A model generated the notes under the pieces. It saw nothing but the letters and a program-made list of their open reading frames with translations, was not told the origin of the DNA and searched no databases. Source: Myxococcales bacterium (GTDB lineage Bacteria; Myxococcota_A; Polyangia; Polyangiales; JADJMO01). From it: a stretch of 64,000 nt of DNA. The position numbers and the translations under genes were made by a program. The stretch is taken from the NCBI GenBank assembly GCA_016709545.1, contig JADJMO010000002.1, forward strand, positions 289,993 through 353,992, in the 5' to 3' direction. Shown here piece by piece: positions 34,299 through 42,504 of this stretch. How positions within the stretch are numbered: position 1 is the first letter of the stretch; each line of letters opens with the position of its first letter.

Positions 34299-35756
34299 AT
34301 GGCTGACGAGTGGACACTGATGGTGCTCGACGAGAAGATCGCTCGCCGCAACGGCGTACCCCCCAAGATCCCCGTCCCGAAGGACGAAATGGCGGGCATG
34401 GCCGACGACGGAATGAGCGCCAGCAAGGTGCGGGACTGGATCACCCGCTTCATGACCCACTACGGAGACGGCGTCCGCAAGTCGGATCAAGACCTCGCCA
34501 AGAGGCTCGACGCCTACGTCGGCAAGCAAGACGCCTGGAAGAAGGCCCAGGAGGCCATCGCCAAGCACGACCTGCCCAAGGCCATCTCCTCGCTCAAGAT
34601 GGTGGTGGCGGTCGACCGTGACGACCACGTCGCGCGGCTCAACCTCGCCTCCGCCCTCGCCGCGAGCGGCGACGCGAAGACCGCGGCCGGCCACCTCGAC
34701 GCGATCCGCGTCACCTTCGAGGGCGACCCGGAGTACCACGTGATCGTCGGCCAGGTGCGCCTGAGCCAGCAGGACCGCGAGGGCGCGATCGGCGAGATGG
34801 TGCTCGCGCTCGAGGCCCAGCCCGACCACCAGGGCGCGATGGACGTGCTCAAGCAGCTCGGCGTGCTCGCCGCCATCTACGAGGACCCGCTCGACGCGAC
34901 CTCCCTCACCTACGTGCGCACGGATTCGATGCTCGACTGGCTGAAGGGCCTGTGGGTCGAGAAGAAGACGTCGGCGGAGTGGCTCCGGCTGATCGCCTAC
35001 CACGCGATGGAAGGGCGTCACGGGGCGGTCGCCCTCGCGGCCGAGCGCGCGCTCGCCACGTGCACGGACGACGAGCGGCCGAACTTCGTGCTCGCCCAGC
35101 TGCGGGCCCTCCGTGAGGGGGGCAACCCCACCGCGGCCCTGGCCCACGCCGACGAGGCGATCGCCGCGCACCCGAGCCCGGGCCTTCACGTGGAGCGCAC
35201 GCGCGCCCTCGAGGCGCTCGGCCGCAACGACGAGGCGCGCGCCGCCCTCGACGCCGCCCTGGCGCTCGATCCCGGCGACCTCGAGGCCCTCGATCTCGCC
35301 TACCTCCCGCGCGATCGCACCGACCTCGCGTCCATCGGCAAGAGCCTGCCGGCGCTCCAGGCACACGTGGAGAAGCACCCCACGAGCGCCGGCGCGCACC
35401 GCACCCTGGCTCGCGCGCAGCTCCTGATCGGCGCCGCCGAAGACGCGCTCGTCACGTTCGCCAAGGCCGTGGAGCTCGCGCCCGACGACGACGATCTGCG
35501 CTCGGAGCAGTGGACCGAGCTGATCCGCGCGCAGCAGGCGCAGCTGGTCGTCGACGCGGCCGCGAAGATCACCGACCTCGGCAAGCGCAGCTGGAAGCTC
35601 CGCTGGAACGAGGCCGAGGCGATGCTGGTCCTCGGCCGCGGGAACGAGGCCTACGCCGCGTTCGCCGCCATCAACGCCGACGAGTCGCTGCTCGTCGACG
35701 TGCGCCGCCGCGCCAAGCGCGCCGCCGAAGCCGCCCGCGGCGGCGAGAAGAAGTGA
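34299..35756 (+). CDS. tetratricopeptide (TPR) repeat protein
   Basis: 485-aa ORF, GC3-rich, with repeated A/L-rich 34-residue-like helical pairs throughout. Confidence 0.7.
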   Translation: MADEWTLMVLDEKIARRNGVPPKIPVPKDEMAGMADDGMSASKVRDWITRFMTHYGDGVRKSDQDLAKRLDAYVGKQDAWKKAQEAIAKHDLPKAISSLKMVVAVDRDDHVARLNLASALAASGDAKTAAGHLDAIRVTFEGDPEYHVIVGQVRLSQQDREGAIGEMVLALEAQPDHQGAMDVLKQLGVLAAIYEDPLDATSLTYVRTDSMLDWLKGLWVEKKTSAEWLRLIAYHAMEGRHGAVALAAERALATCTDDERPNFVLAQLRALREGGNPTAALAHADEAIAAHPSPGLHVERTRALEALGRNDEARAALDAALALDPGDLEALDLAYLPRDRTDLASIGKSLPALQAHVEKHPTSAGAHRTLARAQLLIGAAEDALVTFAKAVELAPDDDDLRSEQWTELIRAQQAQLVVDAAAKITDLGKRSWKLRWNEAEAMLVLGRGNEAYAAFAAINADESLLVDVRRRAKRAAEAARGGEKK

Positions 35757-35785
35757 GCGAAGCGAGCAGGCGAGCGCAGTGAACA

Positions 35786-35810
35786 GCGGCCGCCTCCATG
35801 GGGCGGCCGC
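35786..35810. terminator. GC-rich stem-loop after the TPR gene (same family as 5129-5150)
   Basis: GCGGCCGCC-tccatgg-GGCGGCCGC, perfect 9-bp stem 30 nt after the stop, preceded by a GCGAAGCGAGCA-type leader as at 5108. Confidence 0.5.
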
Positions 35811-35870
35811 AACAGCCATCTGAGCCGCGGCCCGCCTCGACGGCCACGCACCGAGAACCACCAGCCCGAC

Positions 35871-35895
35871 GAGGCGCCCCTCACGCGGGCGCCTC
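35871..35895. terminator. second GC-rich stem-loop in the convergent intergenic region
   Basis: GAGGCGCCC-ctcacgc-GGGCGCCTC, perfect 9-bp stem. Confidence 0.35.
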
Positions 35896-35924
35896 GCGTG
35901 CCGGCGCCGTCTCCGGATGCCTCC

Positions 35925-36715
35925 GCCGTCGACCACTGCACCAACCGCCCCCCACACGCGCGCAAGCAGGGTGGGAAAGGGCGAGGATGCCGACGCCACC
36001 TCGCAGAGACCGCAAAGACACTCCGCTGCAAGCAACGCGCGACGCCCCCGCTGGAAGCCAAGACAGCGGTCGGGCTCGTGTGAGGGCCCGCTCGTCGCCC
36101 CCTCGTCGCTACGCCTACCACCGTCCGCACCTGACCGCCCCCCCACCCGCACGCAAGCAAGGTGGGAAAGAGCGAGGACGCCGACGCCACCTCGCAGAGA
36201 CCGCAAAGACACTCCGCTGCAAGCAACGCGCGACGCCCCGCTGGAAGGCAGGACGTCGGGCTCGTGTGAGGAGGGCCCGCTCGTCGCTGCGCCTACCACC
36301 GTCCGCACCGACCGCCGGCCCCCACCCGCCCGCAAGCAAGGTGGGAAAGAGCGAGGACGCCGACGCCACCTCGCAGAGACCGCAAAGACACTCCGCTGCA
36401 AGCAACGCGCGACGCCCCCGCTGGAAGGCAGGACGTCGGGCTCGTGTGAGGGCCCGCTCGTCGCTGCGCCTACCACCGTCCGCACCGACCGCCGGCCCCC
36501 CACCCGCGCGCAAGCAAGGTGGGAAAGAGCGAGGACGCCGACGCCACCTCGCAGAGACCGCAAAGACACTCCGCTGCAAGCAACGCGCGACGCCCCCGCT
36601 GGAAGGCAGGACAGCGGTCGGGCTCGTGTGAGGGCCCCCCGGTCTCTGCGAGGTGGCGTCGGCGCCCGCAGCGGTGTCGCACCCAGCACCCCGCGCGCCC
36701 GAGGTGGCGTCGGCG
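35925..36715. repeat. non-coding tandem array: ~4 copies of a ~180-bp unit plus a terminal inverted 25-bp core
   Basis: Units start at 35962, 36153, 36332 and 36510 (periods 191, 179, 178 bp), with a partial leading unit from ~35925. Units 2-4 differ only by small indels that are not multiples of 3. Inverted core at 36640-36664; a 15-nt partial copy at 36701-36715. Confidence 0.9.
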
Positions 36716-36744
36716 GTCGCCACTGCGAGGCGCGAAGGTGGTCG

Positions 36745-37533
36745 TCAGCCGCCGAAGCCCGCGTCCGGCAGAGGTGGAGGCGTTCCCGGCCCGCCGCCCG
36801 GCCCGCCGCCGGGACCACTCGGCAGGCACGCGCGGATGCCGAGGCCGATCGGCTGGCACCGCTGTCCGGTCGGGCACTCCGCGTCCGTCGTGCAGAGGCG
36901 CGCGCTCCCGCCGCCACCCGGGGTCGGACCGCTGCCGCAGGTCGACGCGCACTTGGCGCTCCCGCCCGTGGTGCCGATCGTGAGGCAGCAGACCTGTCCG
37001 GTGGGACACGCCGCGCCGCTCGAGCACGAGAGGGTCACGCCGCCACTGCAGGTGCCCTTCGTCTTGCAGCTCGCCGTCGCGCCACCCGGTCCGCCCGTCG
37101 CGACGCAGCACTCCTGCGTGGCCGAGTCGCAGGTGGCGCTGCCGCAGGTGATCGGCTTCGGCCCGCTGTCCACGCCGGTGTCCGTCGGAGGCACGCCGGT
37201 GTCCGTCGGCGGCACGCCGGTGTCCGTCGGCGGCACGCCGCTGTCCGTCGGCGGCAGGCCGGTGTCGAACGGGGGCGGCACCGCGCTGTCGGAGACGATT
37301 GCGTCGGGGAAGCTGATGTCCTCCGGGAAGACGTCGACAGCGATCGCGTCCTCACCAGCCCCCGTATCGGCAAGGCTGGTGTCGAACGTCGAGTCCGTCG
37401 ACCCGTCGACGGCGCTGTCGCCGAGCGCGCCGTCGTCCACGGGGAGATCGTCGAACGCGGTGCGGGCGCCACAGCCGACGAGCGGCAGGACCCACAACAA
37501 GGTTCCGAAGCGCAAGGTTCCTAAGCGGTTCAT
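36745..37533 (-). CDS. Cys-rich secreted lipoprotein with acidic (GVPPTDT)n region
   Basis: ATG 37533 preceded by AGGAGA. MNRLGTLRFGTLLWVLPLVGCG lipobox. 21-bp repeat x4 at ~37171-37255. C-terminal half has 16+ Cys. Confidence 0.8.
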   Translation of the reverse strand: MNRLGTLRFGTLLWVLPLVGCGARTAFDDLPVDDGALGDSAVDGSTDSTFDTSLADTGAGEDAIAVDVFPEDISFPDAIVSDSAVPPPFDTGLPPTDSGVPPTDTGVPPTDTGVPPTDTGVDSGPKPITCGSATCDSATQECCVATGGPGGATASCKTKGTCSGGVTLSCSSGAACPTGQVCCLTIGTTGGSAKCASTCGSGPTPGGGGSARLCTTDAECPTGQRCQPIGLGIRACLPSGPGGGPGGGPGTPPPLPDAGFGG

Positions 37534-37650
37534 GGTGTCTCCTCTAGCCCCATCCGGTACCCGATGGGTTCGTGCAGCAGACAGCACGTCCGGTCGGAAC
37601 GTCCGCGCCGGAAGATTCGGCCAGTGACCCCACGCATCGCGCGCGCGGAG

Positions 37651-37691
37651 CCAACAAGAAGCAAACCGCCGGAGCGTTGCTGCGCTCCGGC
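37651..37691 (-). terminator. rho-independent terminator of the tssBC operon
   Basis: On the minus strand: GCCGGAGCG-cagcaa-CGCTCCGGC followed by GGTTTGCTTCTTGTTGG (T-rich tail), 25 nt after the tssC stop. Confidence 0.7.
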
Positions 37692-37715
37692 GATTCGACC
37701 AGCGAGCGCTGGCGA

Positions 37716-39194
37716 CTACTCCTTGTCGAGCTTGCCGACGAGGCTCAGGGTGAAGAACGCACCCATGTACTTGAAGTGCGGGCGCACGCGCATGTCGACC
37801 TTGTACCAGCCGGCGTTGCCCTCGACCTCGCTGACGATGATCTGGGCGGCGCGGAGCGGACGCTTGCCACGAACGGCGGGGGTGACGCTGTCCATGTCGG
37901 CGACGTACTGGCCGATCCAGGTGTTGAGCTCGCGCTCCAGATCGCCGCGCTCCTTCCAGGTTCCGATCTGCTCACGCTGCAGCACCTTGAGGTAGTGCGC
38001 GATGCGGCAGACGACGAACATGTACGGGAGCTGGGTGGACAGGCGGTAGTTGAGCTCCGCCTCCTTGCCCTCGGGCGACTGACCGAAGTACTTCGCCTTC
38101 TGGCAGGAGTTGGCGGAGAAGAACGCCGCGTTGTCCGAGTCCTTGCGGAAGCAGAGGGCGATGAAGCCCTCTTCGGAGAGCTCGAACTCGCGACGCTCCG
38201 AGATCAGCACCTCGGTCGGGATCTTGGTCTGGATCTCGCCCATCGCCTGGTACTGGTGGAGCGGCAGGTTCTCGACCGCGCCGCCCGCCTGGGGACCGAT
38301 GATGTTCGGGCACCAGCGGTACTTGGCGAACGACTCCGCGATGCGGGTGGCGAAGGCGTAGGTGCAGTTGCCCCAGAGGTAGGCGTCGTGGTTGCCGGTC
38401 GACTGCTCCTCGTAGTTGAAGGCCTTCACCGGCACCGTGGTCTGACCGTAGGGCAGACGCAGCAGGAAGCGCGGCAGGAGCAGGGCGACGTAGCGGGCGT
38501 CCTCGGACTCGCGGAACGACTGCCACTTCGTGTACTGCGGACCCTCGAAGATCGACTTGAGGTCCTTGAGGTTCGGCAGGTTGAGGAAGTCCTTCTCGTT
38601 GAAGAACTGGGGACCGGCCGCCGCGAAGAACGGCGCGTGCGCCATGGTGGCGACCGACGCGATGTTCGCGAGCAGCTGGACGTCCTGCGGGCCCGGGCCG
38701 AACTCGTAGTTCGCGAAGATCGAGCCGATCGGCTTGCCGCCGAACTGGCCGTACTCCGCGGTGTACGCGGTGCGGTAGAGGCCGCTCTTGGTGATCTCGG
38801 GGGCGTCCTCGAAATCGGTCTGCAGATCTTCCTTGCTGCAGTTGAGCAGCTCGATCTTGATGTTCTCGCGGAAATCGGTGCGGTCGATGGTGAACTTGAG
38901 ACCGCGCCAGGCCGACTCCATCTTCTGGAAGCCCGGGTTGTGGAGGATCTCGTCGAGCTGCTTGGACAGCTTGGCGTCGATCTCGGCGATCAGCGCGTCG
39001 GCGAAGGCCTTGTCGACCTTGTCCGAGGCGCGATTGGGGGCGAGGAGCTCGGCGATGAAGGCCTGGACGCCGCGCTTGGCGACCTCATAGCCCTCGTCGG
39101 TCGGCGTGAGCTTGGTCTCGCTGAGGATGTCGTCGAGGAGGGAGACCTCGGTGGAGGCGGCCGCGCCGCCGCCGGCCTGCTGCTGTTCGCTCAT
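37716..39194 (-). CDS. tssC: T6SS contractile sheath large subunit TssC (VipB/EvpB)
   Basis: 492 aa. HNPGFQKMESAWRGLKF, LLLPRFLLRLPYG, YLWGN..YAFA, GGAVENLPLH, C-terminal RVRPHFKYMG: typical TssC blocks. Confidence 0.95.
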   Translation of the reverse strand: MSEQQQAGGGAAASTEVSLLDDILSETKLTPTDEGYEVAKRGVQAFIAELLAPNRASDKVDKAFADALIAEIDAKLSKQLDEILHNPGFQKMESAWRGLKFTIDRTDFRENIKIELLNCSKEDLQTDFEDAPEITKSGLYRTAYTAEYGQFGGKPIGSIFANYEFGPGPQDVQLLANIASVATMAHAPFFAAAGPQFFNEKDFLNLPNLKDLKSIFEGPQYTKWQSFRESEDARYVALLLPRFLLRLPYGQTTVPVKAFNYEEQSTGNHDAYLWGNCTYAFATRIAESFAKYRWCPNIIGPQAGGAVENLPLHQYQAMGEIQTKIPTEVLISERREFELSEEGFIALCFRKDSDNAAFFSANSCQKAKYFGQSPEGKEAELNYRLSTQLPYMFVVCRIAHYLKVLQREQIGTWKERGDLERELNTWIGQYVADMDSVTPAVRGKRPLRAAQIIVSEVEGNAGWYKVDMRVRPHFKYMGAFFTLSLVGKLDKE

Positions 39195-39197
39195 GGA

Positions 39198-39689
39198 TCA
39201 GGTTCCTTCCTTCAGGCCGAGCTCCGCCATCAGCTTCTCGCGACCTGCCTGGTCACCGAGGAGGTTCTGGATCTTCTTGCGGAACGCGGGGACGTTGCCG
39301 AGCGGCCCCTTGAGGGCCGTCAGCGCGTGGCGGAGCTCGAGCAGCTTCTTGAGCTCGGGCACCTGCTCGGCGACCGCCTCGGGACCGAAGTCGCTGAGCT
39401 TCTTGAACTTGAGGTTGACGTTGAGGTTCGCGTCCTTCTCGCCAGAGAGGACGTCGGGGACGCTCATCGTCAACGAGAGGTTCTGCTCGGCGAGGACCTG
39501 GGTGAAGTTGTCCTTGTCGACGTTGATCGGCTTTCGTTCCTCGAGCGGACGGGGGTCCGGCCGACCGGTGTAGTCGCCGATGAAGAGCATCTTCAGCGGG
39601 AGCTCGACCTCGGCCTGGGCATTGCCAGTCGCCGGCTTGTACGTGATGTTCACGCGCTCCTGCGGAGCGACCGAACCTTCTTTCGCCAT
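39198..39689 (-). CDS. tssB: T6SS contractile sheath small subunit TssB (VipA)
   Basis: 163 aa. ERVNITYK, ELPLKMLFIGDYTG, INVDKDNF, LKFKKLSDFGPEAV, ELKKLLELR. The stop lies 3 nt before the tssC start. Confidence 0.95.
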   Translation of the reverse strand: MAKEGSVAPQERVNITYKPATGNAQAEVELPLKMLFIGDYTGRPDPRPLEERKPINVDKDNFTQVLAEQNLSLTMSVPDVLSGEKDANLNVNLKFKKLSDFGPEAVAEQVPELKKLLELRHALTALKGPLGNVPAFRKKIQNLLGDQAGREKLMAELGLKEGT

Positions 39690-39831
39690 GAAACCTGCTC
39701 CCCTCTATAGGTGGTGCCGAAACGGGTCTTCGTCAGTCTTCGTCGGCCTCGGGCCCGCACTCGACGAGTCGAGGTGCCGAACCGAGCCCGAGAGTGTCGC
39801 TCACTTCTTCCAAAACCGGAATGGCTTTCGT

Positions 39832-41463
39832 TCAGCCGGCGATCCGCAGCGCGGCGGCCGGATCCAGCCTGCAGAGTCTGTCGAACAACTCGGCCCTCCG
39901 TGACGCGGTCGCGTCAGTGGCGCCGTCCTTTCCGCCCGAGGTCGGCATGCTCGCGAGCAGGCTGGCGTAGATGGCCGCGCAGAGCGAAGGCTCCCAGCCC
40001 TCGAGACCTCGGCTGTCGGCCTCGCCGACCATGGCCTCGAGCATGGGCCGGGCGATGTCCGACTTGCCACCCTCGATGGCGAGCTGCGCGACCTCGAGGC
40101 GGGCCCGGAAGCGCGCCCGCGCGTCGGCCGCCCGTCCGGCGAGCTGGTGGGCGAGCGCCAGGCCTTCGCCGGGCTTTCCCCCCTGCACCATGCTCCGGGC
40201 CTCTTCGAAGCGCTTCTTGACCTCGGCGTCCTCCTCGCTGACCGCGCTCGAGCCGCCGCCACCGCCCCCACCGCCGCCGCCCCCGCCACCGCCGTGCTTG
40301 CCGGCCTCGCTCTCGAGCCAGGCCTTGGTGGCCGCGTCGCAGAACGGCGTGCCGTCGGCGAAGGTGAGGTTGGGGACCGTGGGCACGCGGCTCACGAAGC
40401 GGGTGACCTCCTGGCCCACCACCTCCCTCGCGCCCATGAACAGGGCGCCGAGCGCATCCATCGCCACCGCGACGAGTCGGTGCATGTCGATCCAGAACAG
40501 GTAGGCGTTGCAGCCGTCCTCGGCGGCCATCAACAGGTCCATCCACTTCTGGTTGTCGAGCGCGGCGGTGACGCGCTTGCGGATCTCGACCGGGGGCAGC
40601 GGGATCCGCGTTCGCCCCTCCTCGGCCGGCGGGGCCTGGACCACGCCCATCCAGGTGCCGGTCCGGCCGATGCGATACGCCACCGCCTGGGCCGGGTCGG
40701 CGCGACGCATCATCTTGGCGAGCTCGACCAGCGTCTTGCCGCACTCGCGGACGGTGACGATCGGATCGTCGCCGCTCGAGGCGCTGGGGATCGCCACGGC
40801 CGGCCCGGACGAGGCGGGTTCGGGCGCAGAAGGGGTGGGCGCGCTGCGCTGGGGCTCGGCAGCAGAGGGAGGCGGCGGGGGGGGCGCGGCCGGGGCCTCG
40901 GCGGGGATCGCGCGCATCTTGTTGCGCCACATCCCGCGCAGCTTGTTGATGCCGGGGTAGGCGTCGCCGAGCTTGTCCGCGAGCGTGGAGTCGAGCTTCG
41001 AGAGGACGTCGTCGGTGAGCTTGACCGCCTCGCCGTCGCTCGCCTCGACGTCGCGCTGCTCGAGGAACGCGGTGCACTGATCGACGAGCCAGGTGAGGAG
41101 GTTGGCGCGACCGCGCGCGCGCTTGGCCTCCGGCCACATCGTGGCCCAGTGGTTGTCGACGAGACCTTGCAGGACCGACATCCCCTCGGCGAACCCGCGG
41201 TACCCGTCCATCTGCATGCGGGCGACGCACAGCCAGGCCGCGACGCGGAGATCCTTGGCCTGGGTGGTGAGGATGGCGACCGCCTGCGTGTCGACGTCGC
41301 GCCAGTTGGGCGTGCCGCCGGACAGCGCGGTGAGCTTGTCCATCTCGGCCTTGAGCTGCTCGAACTCGGGAGCGAAGCTCACGTCGGCGCCGGAGGGGCT
41401 GGCCTCCGAGATCGGGGCGACGAGCGGAGTGACGCGGGACTGGATGTCTTCGAGCAGGGCCAT
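39832..41463 (-). CDS. tssA: T6SS protein TssA (ImpA_N domain)
   Basis: N-terminus LVAPISEASPSGADVSFAPEFEQLKAEMDKL..WRDV (ImpA_N pattern). Pro/Ala linker, internal run of 13 Gly, helical C-terminal domain. Confidence 0.85.
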   Translation of the reverse strand: MALLEDIQSRVTPLVAPISEASPSGADVSFAPEFEQLKAEMDKLTALSGGTPNWRDVDTQAVAILTTQAKDLRVAAWLCVARMQMDGYRGFAEGMSVLQGLVDNHWATMWPEAKRARGRANLLTWLVDQCTAFLEQRDVEASDGEAVKLTDDVLSKLDSTLADKLGDAYPGINKLRGMWRNKMRAIPAEAPAAPPPPPPSAAEPQRSAPTPSAPEPASSGPAVAIPSASSGDDPIVTVRECGKTLVELAKMMRRADPAQAVAYRIGRTGTWMGVVQAPPAEEGRTRIPLPPVEIRKRVTAALDNQKWMDLLMAAEDGCNAYLFWIDMHRLVAVAMDALGALFMGAREVVGQEVTRFVSRVPTVPNLTFADGTPFCDAATKAWLESEAGKHGGGGGGGGGGGGGGSSAVSEEDAEVKKRFEEARSMVQGGKPGEGLALAHQLAGRAADARARFRARLEVAQLAIEGGKSDIARPMLEAMVGEADSRGLEGWEPSLCAAIYASLLASMPTSGGKDGATDATASRRAELFDRLCRLDPAAALRIAG

Positions 41464-41513
41464 GCGCCCGTGAGGTCAGCGGGGACGCGGCCGAAATGCA
41501 ATTGCTTTTGTCG

Positions 41514-42467
41514 CTACTGCGCGAGGACCTGCGCGAGCTGCGCCACCGTCACGTCGGGGCGCTGGAGCGCGGCGACCACGTGCGGGGGCATGCTGGCCGC
41601 GATCGTGCGTGGATCCGTGGCTGGTGAGACGGTGAGGTCACAACAGTGATCCGAATCAGGGTCGGGGCGGTAGAGCTCACCGACCGTGGCGGAGGGCGGA
41701 TCGCCGAGCTGCATGCGGAGCACGCCGCTCATGCCGTCGAACGACCAGAACGAGGTGGGCACGGTGCCGCGCCAGCGAGCAGCCGAGCGCACGAGGTCGA
41801 GCCAGAACGCGGCCGCCGCCGGGCCGCCCGCGCCGAGCGGGAAGCGGAACGAGAGCGGGGTCTCGGGCTGCTCGCGCCCGCGGAAGCCCTCGACGCACCC
41901 GAGGATGGTGGAGATCGCGTGGAGCGGACCGGCTCCCCCCTGGGGATACACGATGCCGAACGCGGTCTGGTGCGGCGTCGTGCTGGCCCACTGGTGGTAC
42001 TCGCGGTGCGCGCCCTCGATCTCGTCGAGGCGCGGCGGCATCACGCGCGCGAGCCAGGCCTCGAGCTCCGCCTGGCTGCGCACCTGATCGGCGCCGAACG
42101 AAGCGGCGGTGGCGGACTCGAGGAAGTCGCCGAGGAGCAGCGGCAGGAGGTGGGGCAGGTGCGCGAAGCCGCGTGCCTCGAGCGGCACGCAGACGCACAG
42201 CGGGAACTTGCGCCCCACGGCGTCGCGGCTCGGGCGGAACAGGCCGACCACCACCCGCCCGTTCGACTTCGGCGCGCGAAAGACGAAGGCGAGCGGCTGC
42301 CCCGTGTCGTAGGCCGCCGCGAACGCCGAGCCGTAGCGGTCCCCCGCGATGGCGAGGCCGTCCGTGAGGAACTGCTCGAACGCGGGGATGGGCTCGTCGT
42401 AAGCCCGGACGTGGAGGAAATCCCCGAGGGTCGGCACCTTGCCGAACCCAGCGACTTGGCTGCTCAT
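41514..42467 (-). CDS. tagF: T6SS-associated protein TagF (ImpM/DUF2094)
   Basis: MSSQVAGFGKVPTLGDFLHVR matches the hallmark G(F/Y)GK(L/V)P..GDF(V/L) N-terminus. Position between tssM and tssA. Confidence 0.8.
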   Translation of the reverse strand: MSSQVAGFGKVPTLGDFLHVRAYDEPIPAFEQFLTDGLAIAGDRYGSAFAAAYDTGQPLAFVFRAPKSNGRVVVGLFRPSRDAVGRKFPLCVCVPLEARGFAHLPHLLPLLLGDFLESATAASFGADQVRSQAELEAWLARVMPPRLDEIEGAHREYHQWASTTPHQTAFGIVYPQGGAGPLHAISTILGCVEGFRGREQPETPLSFRFPLGAGGPAAAAFWLDLVRSAARWRGTVPTSFWSFDGMSGVLRMQLGDPPSATVGELYRPDPDSDHCCDLTVSPATDPRTIAASMPPHVVAALQRPDVTVAQLAQVLAQ

Positions 42468-42504
42468 GGTTGCTCGTGCGCTCCGCCGCCCCTGCCCGCT
42501 GGAC

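Noticed and set aside
35925-36715. Possible CRISPR array, because of regularly spaced identical 25-nt cores
   Set aside because: The sequence between the cores is itself repeated (whole ~180-bp units are near-identical), so there are no unique spacers. The period is far longer than CRISPR repeat-spacer units, and no cas genes are nearby.
33165-36917. 1250-aa ORF on the minus strand spanning the tandem array
   Set aside because: Only the last 351 codons have a signal peptide and coding-like composition. The rest runs antisense through the TPR gene and through the non-coding repeats, whose indels shift frames between units.
39690-39831. Repeated GGTGCCGAA(A/C)C motif (39703-39713 and 39772-39782) as a pair of sigma-54 -24 elements upstream of tssB
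   Set aside because: On the coding strand they read TTCGGCACC but no TTGC-type -12 element follows at the right spacing. They may still be a regulator site, but I cannot support a promoter call.
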